This document shows positions 1 to 8,562 of a stretch of 64,000 nt of DNA, piece after piece. The DNA is from a virus, in the IMG/VR virus record IMGVR_UViG_3300043812_000021, positions 6,099 to 70,098 of that record; one strand, 5' to 3'. The position numbers and the translations under genes were made by a program. Every line of letters begins with the position of its first letter. Position 1 is the stretch's first letter. The notes below the pieces were generated by a model. The model made no database searches, was not told the origin of the DNA, and saw only the letters and a list, made by a program, of their open reading frames with translations.

Positions 1-200
1 CTTATCCTCAAGTAGTAAATCGTGACGGGGCACAAATTGTAATTGGTAAGCACCAGATTTTTAGGATGCCTCCTACATTACTAATTAGAAGAGAAAATCT
101 TTACTTCTCTAATGTTAACTTGGCAACCTCAGACGGTAAGAATCAGTCTGTAATTAAGAACCCAACATTGAATGAGTTTGACGACTTCCTAGGGGGCTAA
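1..200 (+). CDS. 5'-truncated ORF, probably a conserved head/neck-region virion protein
   Basis: Open frame from nt 3 (YPQVVNRDGAQIVIGKH...FDDFLGG) to TAA 198-200, 3 nt before the next ATG; function from synteny only. Confidence 0.55.
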   Translation, partial: YPQVVNRDGAQIVIGKHQIFRMPPTLLIRRENLYFSNVNLATSDGKNQSVIKNPTLNEFDDFLGG

Positions 201-203
201 GTA

Positions 204-917
204 ATGGCTCAAATATCAGATTTAATTAGTAATGAGTCTATTAGAGGTCTCCATGAGTTCTTTAACAGACAGGTAGATGAGAAACAGATCACTGAATCGT
301 ATACTAAGGGTTTAGCTAATGAATTAAAAAAGGCCTTTGGTAATCTTGCAGTTAGGGATAATGGATCTAGTGTATCTGTTGCCTATCGAATTTTGAATGA
401 CGCTAATAATGAGAATGTTGGCTTTTATGACTTAAAGCAGGCGTTTGCTCGCTCCTCTAAAGCTAAGCCTACTAAAGATGGGGGTTGGTATATTAGAATA
501 CCAATTTCAAATCGTGCAACAGAATATCGTCAAGCTTTTGGGCGTAGACTATGGGACACAATTAGTCATACTGAGTTTGGTACTACTTCTAGTGCAGATG
601 AGAATATAGCTAGATTTCAAAAGATTTTATCTAATGCTGGAGGAGTTAATAGTAGTCCAATTGCTTACCAGTGGAAGTCTACTAGCGTTACTCGTGAACG
701 GTTTGGTAGTTCAGCTACAAGAGGACAGTATATATCATTCCGTACTGTTTCTGATAAGTCAGATCCTAGCTCTTGGGTCACCAATAAATCGGGTATGAAT
801 GCAAAAATTAATCAAGAAACAGAAAATGAACAACAAGCACAAGAAGTGGCTAAAGTTGTACAGCAGGCAATTAGACAAATCATAGATAGATATAATAAGG
901 CAGGTGAAAATAGTTAA
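204..917 (+). CDS. Conserved Herelleviridae neck/tail-completion region protein
   Basis: 237 aa; translationally coupled to next ORF; lies in the block preceding the sheath. Confidence 0.5.
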   Translation: MAQISDLISNESIRGLHEFFNRQVDEKQITESYTKGLANELKKAFGNLAVRDNGSSVSVAYRILNDANNENVGFYDLKQAFARSSKAKPTKDGGWYIRIPISNRATEYRQAFGRRLWDTISHTEFGTTSSADENIARFQKILSNAGGVNSSPIAYQWKSTSVTRERFGSSATRGQYISFRTVSDKSDPSSWVTNKSGMNAKINQETENEQQAQEVAKVVQQAIRQIIDRYNKAGENS

Positions 918-1762
918 TGAGTATTGAATTAGTAGATCAGCATATAGTCGATGAAGTTAATTCCCTCTTAAAAGGTATACTTGCCAATCCCTATATTATA
1001 AAACAGGAAATACTTAGCCAACTTCCCGACAAAATTGTAGATAACTTTATTAATACATACGGAATTGGAAAGGGTAATCATGGGGTTGAAATTCCTCTTT
1101 ATTTTGCTTTTCCTCAAACTCCTCCTAAAACAGCTTTCTTATTAGCACAGTTTAAGGGGTCACAGGAAGATGAGGATAATGCAGTATTAGGTAACTATCA
1201 AGGGGACTTAACTTCTAATGATAGTGGTAAGCTAACTCATGAGAAGCTACCTATAATCGTTGATGGTAAGCAGGCTTATTTACAGCCTAGTCAACCCATT
1301 AAAGATGTTTATTCTCTTCCACAAACTAATGTGTATGAGGTAAAGGATAATAAGGTCTATATTCCTTATTTACCTATCTATAATAAAGATTCTAAGTTTG
1401 ATTTGTTCTATATAATTAAGGAAGAAAATACAGGTCAGTCTTATCCAATAGGTATAAATACCATAGAAGCTGTAACAATAGATTTTATCTCCAATAATAC
1501 AAATACTATTCGTTGTCTTTCTGGAATATTTGTTTATATTGAAACCTATTTGCGAAAGTCATTAGAGGATAATGGCGCTGTCTTTTTACCTAGTATTGAG
1601 TTAAATGGTATGGATATGGTTCAAGACGTAAGTACAGCAGAGAATAGTCTTGGTGGTCAACAATTGTACTATCGCCGATTAACTGTAAACTATCATGTAA
1701 CCCAAACGATTAAACAGAACATGAATCAAACATTAGATAAGATTATTTTAGGTGGTGAATAG
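917..1762 (+). CDS. Putative tail terminator/completion protein
   Basis: 281 aa; size and position match the ~280-aa gene two upstream of the sheath in Twort/K-like phages. Confidence 0.5.
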   Translation: MSIELVDQHIVDEVNSLLKGILANPYIIKQEILSQLPDKIVDNFINTYGIGKGNHGVEIPLYFAFPQTPPKTAFLLAQFKGSQEDEDNAVLGNYQGDLTSNDSGKLTHEKLPIIVDGKQAYLQPSQPIKDVYSLPQTNVYEVKDNKVYIPYLPIYNKDSKFDLFYIIKEENTGQSYPIGINTIEAVTIDFISNNTNTIRCLSGIFVYIETYLRKSLEDNGAVFLPSIELNGMDMVQDVSTAENSLGGQQLYYRRLTVNYHVTQTIKQNMNQTLDKIILGGE

Positions 1763-1961
1763 ATTGGCGAAAAAAGATCAGAAGTTAACCCTTTATTCTT
1801 TAAACGAGTTTCTTGCTACGGTTAAAGGAATGGCTAAGTATCGAAAATTAACTGATATACAGCTTGCTGGATTTAGTAACTTAATGCGTTCAAAAGATAT
1901 GCTTTTTGTATACGATCCGCACGTATATCTTGAAGAATTAGACCATTATATTAATGGTTAA
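1752..1961 (+). CDS. Small conserved protein upstream of tail sheath
   Basis: 69 aa, overlaps upstream stop; K-like phages have a ~68-aa gene here. Confidence 0.55.
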   Translation: MVNRLAKKDQKLTLYSLNEFLATVKGMAKYRKLTDIQLAGFSNLMRSKDMLFVYDPHVYLEELDHYING

Positions 1962-1990
1962 TATTGTTAAGTAGAAAGGAACGGGATAAA

Positions 1991-3934
1991 ATGGCACTAA
2001 TTCCTTCATCTGATACTATGAAGCGAATCTACCCAAAGTTTTATAATTCACGTCCTCATGTAGAAACGAGTTATGACGACTCAGCCTTAACTAATCAATC
2101 TTCCGATTCAGAAAAGAATATCTTTTTGCTAGGTTCAGCAACAGAAGGTAATCCTAATAATGTTTATGAAATTAAGTCATCTGCCAGCGCTCGTAAGATC
2201 TTTGGTTCTGGTGACTTAGTAAAGGCAATGGAATTGATTTGGAATCCAACTGGTGACTACTACCAAAATGGTGGTAAGGTTTATGCTATGCGGGTTGAAA
2301 ATGCTACGCAAGCTTCACTAGAAGAAGGTCCTATCACTATTACTTCTAAAGTTTTTGGTGCTAGTGCTAATAAGATTGGGGTTTCATTTACTCGGGACGC
2401 TTTATCACAGGGTTATACTTTACGGGTAGAATACGAACCACAAATGTATGCTAAGAATTACACTAACATCGGTAATATCTTTGCTATTTACCATGGTGGT
2501 CGTCAAGCTACAGCTAAGTACTATGGTTACAAGGTTGTAGGTAATGTTGCTCGTGCTAATAAGTTTATCTTAGCTATGGGTGATGATCCTAAGAATATGC
2601 AAGTAGTTCGTGAATTAGACCTTACTAAGGACTCATTTAGCGAAGTACAAAAGCTCTTATCCGCTATTAATGCAACACCGGGCTTTCAATCAACAGTTTT
2701 GAAGACTTGCGCTCGCATCAGCACTGCGGACTTAGACTTAACTCCGGGTGACGACTATGTAATGATTGGTACAGAAGATGAACCAACTACTGTTACTAGT
2801 GTTTACGGTGACTTGAAGCTATCTACTCGAATGGATCCTTACATTTCAGTAAGCATTAATTCATTAGGTGCGCCTACAGGAGTTCAGGCTACTCCTACTG
2901 CTGATGGTGCTACTATTACTGCTACACCAGTTAAGAAAGAGATTCAAATTTTTGCTAACGAATACCTTTCGGGTGGCGATGATGGTCAAGTACCTATTTC
3001 ATGGGCTGATAAGTTTAAGAATGTACATGGTAAGAATGTTTACTACATTGTTCCATTAACAGCAGAAGAAAACATTCATGCTGAATTGGCTGAATTCCTT
3101 AGTGAAGAAAATATCTTAGGTTATAACTATATGTCCTTTGTTGGTGGAGGTTATAACGAAGACTTTAACTATGCAATTAATCGTCAATTAGGCTTGCAAT
3201 CAAATCGTGTAGCTTTAGTTGCTAACTCTGGTACCTACACTAACTTGTCGGGTAATGAAGTTCATATTCCTGCTTACTTAATGGCTTCTTATGTTGCTGG
3301 TATTGCTTCTAGTCTACCTATTGGTACTCCAGTTACTCATAAGCACCTTAATTTAGTAAGTTTGGATCAAAACTTCGATGGGGACGAACTTGATCAATTA
3401 GACGCTAATGGTGTTATTGCAATTGAAAACCAAGTACGTAGAAATACGTCTGGTGGATTTACTATTGTAGAAGATGTAACTACTTACAACTCTACTAATG
3501 AACCTACTAAGAATGTTGTTTCATTACAGGAAATTACAGACTTCTTATTTGACGACTTGCGTTACTACCTTGAAGACAACTTCATCGGTATGCCAGTACA
3601 TCAAATTACAAGTGGTTTGATTAATACCTTTATTGAAGCATTCTTGAAACAACGTGTTTCTGATGGTATGTTAGCTAGTTATGACGGTACATCAATTCAA
3701 ACTGTAATTAATGGTAACCAAGCCTATGTATCATTCTCCTGCGCCCCATCACGTGGGTTACGAACTATCTATGTTGCTGGTACTTATACTAACTTTGTAT
3801 CAAGTGCTGGTGGTAATGGTGGTTCTAACTCTGATTATAGTGGAATTGAAGGTAATGGAATTAATCCAGACACGGAGTCCGTGGCTGGGATAGAAAATCA
3901 AAATCGTGTCCATACCAATTATGCGGGTATGTAG
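1991..3934 (+). CDS. Tail sheath protein
   Basis: Likely start ATG 1991 (MALIPSSD); motifs SRPHVETSYDDS, GSGDLVKAMELIW, DQLDANGVI and VEDVTTYN are typical of Herelleviridae sheath. Confidence 0.92.
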   Translation: MALIPSSDTMKRIYPKFYNSRPHVETSYDDSALTNQSSDSEKNIFLLGSATEGNPNNVYEIKSSASARKIFGSGDLVKAMELIWNPTGDYYQNGGKVYAMRVENATQASLEEGPITITSKVFGASANKIGVSFTRDALSQGYTLRVEYEPQMYAKNYTNIGNIFAIYHGGRQATAKYYGYKVVGNVARANKFILAMGDDPKNMQVVRELDLTKDSFSEVQKLLSAINATPGFQSTVLKTCARISTADLDLTPGDDYVMIGTEDEPTTVTSVYGDLKLSTRMDPYISVSINSLGAPTGVQATPTADGATITATPVKKEIQIFANEYLSGGDDGQVPISWADKFKNVHGKNVYYIVPLTAEENIHAELAEFLSEENILGYNYMSFVGGGYNEDFNYAINRQLGLQSNRVALVANSGTYTNLSGNEVHIPAYLMASYVAGIASSLPIGTPVTHKHLNLVSLDQNFDGDELDQLDANGVIAIENQVRRNTSGGFTIVEDVTTYNSTNEPTKNVVSLQEITDFLFDDLRYYLEDNFIGMPVHQITSGLINTFIEAFLKQRVSDGMLASYDGTSIQTVINGNQAYVSFSCAPSRGLRTIYVAGTYTNFVSSAGGNGGSNSDYSGIEGNGINPDTESVAGIENQNRVHTNYAGM

Positions 3935-3962
3935 ACTACAATAAAACAATTAATTAAATTAG

Positions 3963-3995
3963 AACCCTGTATCATTAACTTGATATAGGGTTTTT
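3963..3995 (+). terminator. Rho-independent terminator after sheath
   Basis: AACCCTGTATCA-ttaact-TGATATAGGGTT followed by T-run. Confidence 0.8.
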
Positions 3996-3997
3996 CA

Positions 3998-4004
3998 TAT
4001 ATTA
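3998..4004 (+). promoter_or_regulatory. Putative late promoter core TATATTA
   Basis: Same heptamer recurs just upstream of several virion gene blocks; resembles the TGTTATATTA late consensus of phage K. Confidence 0.55.
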
Positions 4005-4030
4005 AATATAGTTGAAAGCGAGGATATAAA

Positions 4031-4663
4031 ATGGCTAAAACAAAAGAGGAAATCTTAGCTGAAATGAAAAAAGCGCAAGCACAACAACGAGAAGTTCGGG
4101 AACATACAGGAAGGGCACCTCGTGGTGGGGAGGCTCAACCTGTAGAAGAAAAACAGTCTAAAGAAGAAAAGAAACAACAATCAGTCTCTGATGATGTAAG
4201 AATTAAGCAACTAGAGGAGAAGGTTCAAGCCTTAAAACGAGATAAGGCAGATTTAAGAGACCAAGTAGAAAATAAAGAACAGGTAAGTAATTATCAAAAA
4301 GAACAGGAAGCTTTGTCTTCTGTTATTCAAAATAATGACGATTATCACTTTGTTAAGAAGTATACAGTTTCTACTGCTAAAGGACAAAAACGTGAATTTG
4401 TAGTTAAAATGCACGCCCCTAGTGTAATGGAACAAGCTGAAATTCAACAGGAGTTTGTTGATCTTACCTCTGGTCGAGGTGCTGGTTTCTTAGCTGGTTT
4501 ACAAGATTTGTATTTGGCGATTGGTTACTTCCGTGTGGTAGGAGATAACGTACCTAATTGGTTTACTGATGTAGATAAGACTTATCGGGTAGATATTTTA
4601 CTAGACGTATTCCGTGACTATGAGGAATGGTTAGACTTTTTTCTGCAAGACCAGCTCCAGTAG
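4031..4663 (+). CDS. Tail assembly chaperone (G-like)
   Basis: 210 aa, upstream of tape measure; ends at slippery GAC TTT TTT CTG with an open +1 frame. Confidence 0.7.
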   Translation: MAKTKEEILAEMKKAQAQQREVREHTGRAPRGGEAQPVEEKQSKEEKKQQSVSDDVRIKQLEEKVQALKRDKADLRDQVENKEQVSNYQKEQEALSSVIQNNDDYHFVKKYTVSTAKGQKREFVVKMHAPSVMEQAEIQQEFVDLTSGRGAGFLAGLQDLYLAIGYFRVVGDNVPNWFTDVDKTYRVDILLDVFRDYEEWLDFFLQDQLQ

Positions 4664-5204
4664 AAAAGATATAAAAGAACATCCAGATTGGAATATTAAT
4701 CTATCCCCTGCTTTAAATCGTCTTGGAGGTATTCAAACTTTAGTTCGTTCTACCTCTGGTCGTAATATGTGGGCTATTATGAAGTTTTTTAAAGTGCTTC
4801 CTAATGATCCATTATTAAAGTCACTTACTTTTGCTCAACGGGAGTTTATTATTGCGTCTATGAATGAGGACGTAAAAGAGGCGGAGCGCCAAGCTAAAGG
4901 TGAGAAAGAAGTTTCTCATGTTGAAGATAAGAGCTTTGAAAAGAAGTTCTACTCTAACGAAAATGTTGATCTTCTTGAACAGGGAGATAACTTAGACGAT
5001 ATTTATAAGCAGACACTTAAGCTTAAGGCTAAAGAGGACGCTCGACAGGGTGTTAGCGAGAACTATGATGAAGTTCTTGACTTTAAGATTAAGCAGGCTA
5101 TTGAAGAACACGAATTGAAGCAACGGAATGCAGAAGCACAAGTTGACGAAAACTGGAAGAAATTAATTGAAAAGTCTAATAATTATGAATTTGATGATGA
5201 GTAG
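4635..5204 (+). CDS. Tail assembly chaperone C-terminal (T-like) frame, probably reached by +1 frameshift
   Basis: Frame open from 4635 (after TAG 4632-4634) to 5204; first ATG only at 4767 with no clear RBS. Confidence 0.65.
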   Translation, partial: TFFCKTSSSRKDIKEHPDWNINLSPALNRLGGIQTLVRSTSGRNMWAIMKFFKVLPNDPLLKSLTFAQREFIIASMNEDVKEAERQAKGEKEVSHVEDKSFEKKFYSNENVDLLEQGDNLDDIYKQTLKLKAKEDARQGVSENYDEVLDFKIKQAIEEHELKQRNAEAQVDENWKKLIEKSNNYEFDDE

Positions 5205-5212
5205 GTGAAGTA

Positions 5213-8200
5213 ATGTCAGCGTCACAGTATACAGTAAAACTTGATATTGGCGATGGTCGTTTTAAATCTCTTGCTAGTCAGTTAAACAGATTAAATAAAG
5301 AAATTGATCGGGTCTATCAACGAGGTCAAGATAATAACAATACTGTAAGTGACAAAGACTTAACTAACTTACAAAGTCATTTATCTGGTCTTGTACAGGC
5401 AATTGATGATAAAAAGCAACGGACTAATGAACAATTAGATCAAGCAAGGATTGTTAATGATACAGACCAGATTGCTAAATTTTTAGACGAATTAAAAGAG
5501 TTGACAGACGCTGGTAAGGAGTCTAATCAACTCTTTTCTTCTTATAAATTTAATCAAGTAAACAATTATCGAGTTACTTCTTCAAGAGCATTTAGAACTA
5601 ATGACTTCGATAAGATTAATTCTGATTTTCAACATGATTTAACTGATTTAAAAGATAATATTGGTAAGTTAAGTAATCGTAGTAAGATTTTAGAGAGACG
5701 TTGGGATCGTGGCGTTTTTAATGGCGCGGTTACTTATGAACGATGGCAAAAGTATCAAGACCAAAATCAAACCCAAGCCAATGAGTATGATAATTATAAT
5801 AATCAATATCAAGAATTAAAAAAGCAATATGATGATCAGTTACAACAATTAACTAAGGAACGAAATGTTCTAAATAATCGGATTGAGTCTGGTAAAGGTA
5901 GTCAAAATGATATTACTAAACGATCTGCATTAGACGAACAGATCATAAAAATGCGAAAGGTAGATCAGACTTTAAGTGATTTAGCTAATACACTCAATAA
6001 CACTGGAAGTCGGATTAATCTTTCTAATGCTAAGCTACACGATAAGCAGACTGTAGAGACTGTTGTTTTACCTGCTAAGAATTCACTAGAAGGCTTTCTT
6101 AGTACCCATAAGCGAATTCTTACTCGTTCTGCTATTGTAGGTGCAGTTGGAAATACTATACGTGCTTATAATACAGGAAATAGTCTTATTTTAAATAATT
6201 TTGATAATATTAAGTCAACTGTTTATGCTTCTGGTTTAGGGGAAAATAAGGTAGAAAATACTTTAGCAGACGCTGGATTTAGTATGGGCTATGGTTTAGA
6301 CGAGATGAGTAATTATCTTAATAATTATACGTCTGCTACTGGTAATGCTAATCTAAGTCAAAATCAAATTAAAGACGTAACTAGGTCTTGGGCTGGATTA
6401 TCTCGATATTCTGGTGCTAATGATTCCACCACTCAAAACTTGGAATACGTAAGTGCTATGACCTCATTAGCTGGTACTAAAGAATTTAGTAGCTTAGCGA
6501 ATGCAATTCAAAATGAGATTACTAATTCTGGTATGAACGCAAAAGCTAATGAGCAACAACAAGCCTTAGCTAATATGTATCAAACAGCTTTTAATGTTTC
6601 TGGTAGTACTTTATCAACTAGAGACCAAAAAGAAATTGCAGGTTTTCAAGGGGTTATGGCTCAAACCGGTAAGTCTGAATTACAAGGACAACAGGGGGCG
6701 CAAGCCTATGCTGGTTTAGTCTCAGCCTTTCAGCCTAGTAACATAGCTTCTCTTAGGTTATTTACTGGCAATGATCCAGCTTATCAAACAAGAGAAGGTC
6801 ATGCTCAAGCTATTTTTGATATGCAGGACGCTTCTAAACATCCATATAAATACAAAACTGCTATTGATAACCTTTTAAGAAATGCTAAGACACAAGCCCG
6901 TACTAAAAATGGTGATGTTACAATTGCGTCCGGTAACCTTTATCAATTATCAAAAGAGAACGGTGGTAATCTTTCACCTCAACAAGCTAAAGACTTAGTA
7001 GAGCTTTATAAGCATAAGAAGTTTACTAAGAAGAATGTTGATAAGATTGTTAAGGGTAGTGGCAAAGGGAATAAAGATAAGTATGATAAAACTGGCGCTA
7101 AGACCATTCAGCAACAACAAAAGGCTATTCAAGAAAGTGAAGTTAAAGCTTCCCACGCTTTAAATCATTTCACCCATAAGCTTAATTGGATAAATAAGAC
7201 TTTTTGGATTAGTAATATTATGTCTGGAGTAGGAACGTCTATGGGTGTTTCTATGCTAGGTGATCTAGGAGTAGGTCTTATTTATGGGGGTTATGCTAAG
7301 AGAGGTTATCAAAAGATAGCGGGCAGTCTTAAGAATCGAGGATTTAAAGGTACTCTATCTGCTATTAGAGGTAAGGGTAGTAGCTTAAAAGATACTGTAA
7401 TTTCGATTGTAAGCAACGCTAAGAGCAATAAATCTAGTTCTAATGTATCTGGTATTAAAACGGTTAAAAGAGCTAAAACAGGGCTTAAAATTAATCCTAC
7501 GACACTTGTAAAATCTGGATCTAAAGTTCCTGCTAGAAAGATAGGTAAAGCTGGTGCTTTAATTGGTGTTGGTATGGGTGCTTATGCTTTATATGATAGT
7601 TATAAGAATGATAATAAAGCTCATGCTTCTACAGTTAACCCTAAAGAAGATAATTCTCGTTCTAAGAATAAGAAACAGTCTAATAAGAAAGCTTCTAATA
7701 TGACTGTTAGTAAATTGGCTAAGCAGGTTCAGAACAAATATAAGCGACTTCATAAGTCAGAGTGGCGTTTAATTGATTATCTTAATACTTATTGGGATAT
7801 TTTCTTGCGTAAAGCTAAAGAATCTGGTAGTAGCTCTAGCTCTAGTGATGATGTTGGTAGTGACTCAGGAGGAGATTCTGCTAAGTCTCCAGAAGAGTGG
7901 AAGGATGATATTAAAAAAGCCGCCAAAGCTATGGGACAGAATGTATCAGACGAACAAGTCAATATGATTGTTTCCATGATTAAGGCTGAGTCTGGAGGAG
8001 ATCCTACTGTTACTCAGCAGATTAGTGATATTAATTCGGCTAATGGTCATCCAGCCCAAGGTCTTTTACAGTACGTCCCTTCAACTTTTGAACACTACGC
8101 AGTTAAGGGTCACAATAATATTAAATCTGGTTATGACCAATTACTTGCCCTATTTAATGACTCTAACTGGGCTAGAGATATTCATTATGGTGGTGGATGG

Positions 8201-8554
8201 GACCCTACTGGTAACCCTATTAAGACTAATGCTACTGGCGGTATTCGTTATCATGCTACAGGTAACACATATAGTACACGGGTAGCTCAAGCTCCTACTA
8301 GTCAATTTAGTATGAATTTACAGCATCCGTTAGAGTTACAAACGCTTTTTAAACAGAATATTAGAAAGTCTCAAAACTATATTAAAGTTCAGAGAAATCG
8401 TGGAAAAGTTAATGTTAATGTAAACGTTAATCATAATAATATTCTTAAGTTCCAGCAGGTTGTAGACCAAACAATTAATGAGGAATTTAACCTTTGGTTG
8501 CAGTCTAAGAAGGCTGAACAGTATGCAAGTTTTTATAGTAATGAAGTTGGGTAG
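5213..8554 (+). CDS. Tape measure-like protein 1 with C-terminal lytic transglycosylase (SLT-like) domain
   Basis: 1113 aa, coiled-coil then Ala/Gly-rich; C-terminal MIKAESGG...AQGLLQYVPSTF motif. Confidence 0.8.
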   Translation: MSASQYTVKLDIGDGRFKSLASQLNRLNKEIDRVYQRGQDNNNTVSDKDLTNLQSHLSGLVQAIDDKKQRTNEQLDQARIVNDTDQIAKFLDELKELTDAGKESNQLFSSYKFNQVNNYRVTSSRAFRTNDFDKINSDFQHDLTDLKDNIGKLSNRSKILERRWDRGVFNGAVTYERWQKYQDQNQTQANEYDNYNNQYQELKKQYDDQLQQLTKERNVLNNRIESGKGSQNDITKRSALDEQIIKMRKVDQTLSDLANTLNNTGSRINLSNAKLHDKQTVETVVLPAKNSLEGFLSTHKRILTRSAIVGAVGNTIRAYNTGNSLILNNFDNIKSTVYASGLGENKVENTLADAGFSMGYGLDEMSNYLNNYTSATGNANLSQNQIKDVTRSWAGLSRYSGANDSTTQNLEYVSAMTSLAGTKEFSSLANAIQNEITNSGMNAKANEQQQALANMYQTAFNVSGSTLSTRDQKEIAGFQGVMAQTGKSELQGQQGAQAYAGLVSAFQPSNIASLRLFTGNDPAYQTREGHAQAIFDMQDASKHPYKYKTAIDNLLRNAKTQARTKNGDVTIASGNLYQLSKENGGNLSPQQAKDLVELYKHKKFTKKNVDKIVKGSGKGNKDKYDKTGAKTIQQQQKAIQESEVKASHALNHFTHKLNWINKTFWISNIMSGVGTSMGVSMLGDLGVGLIYGGYAKRGYQKIAGSLKNRGFKGTLSAIRGKGSSLKDTVISIVSNAKSNKSSSNVSGIKTVKRAKTGLKINPTTLVKSGSKVPARKIGKAGALIGVGMGAYALYDSYKNDNKAHASTVNPKEDNSRSKNKKQSNKKASNMTVSKLAKQVQNKYKRLHKSEWRLIDYLNTYWDIFLRKAKESGSSSSSSDDVGSDSGGDSAKSPEEWKDDIKKAAKAMGQNVSDEQVNMIVSMIKAESGGDPTVTQQISDINSANGHPAQGLLQYVPSTFEHYAVKGHNNIKSGYDQLLALFNDSNWARDIHYGGGWDPTGNPIKTNATGGIRYHATGNTYSTRVAQAPTSQFSMNLQHPLELQTLFKQNIRKSQNYIKVQRNRGKVNVNVNVNHNNILKFQQVVDQTINEEFNLWLQSKKAEQYASFYSNEVG

Positions 8555-8562
8555 GTGATTAA

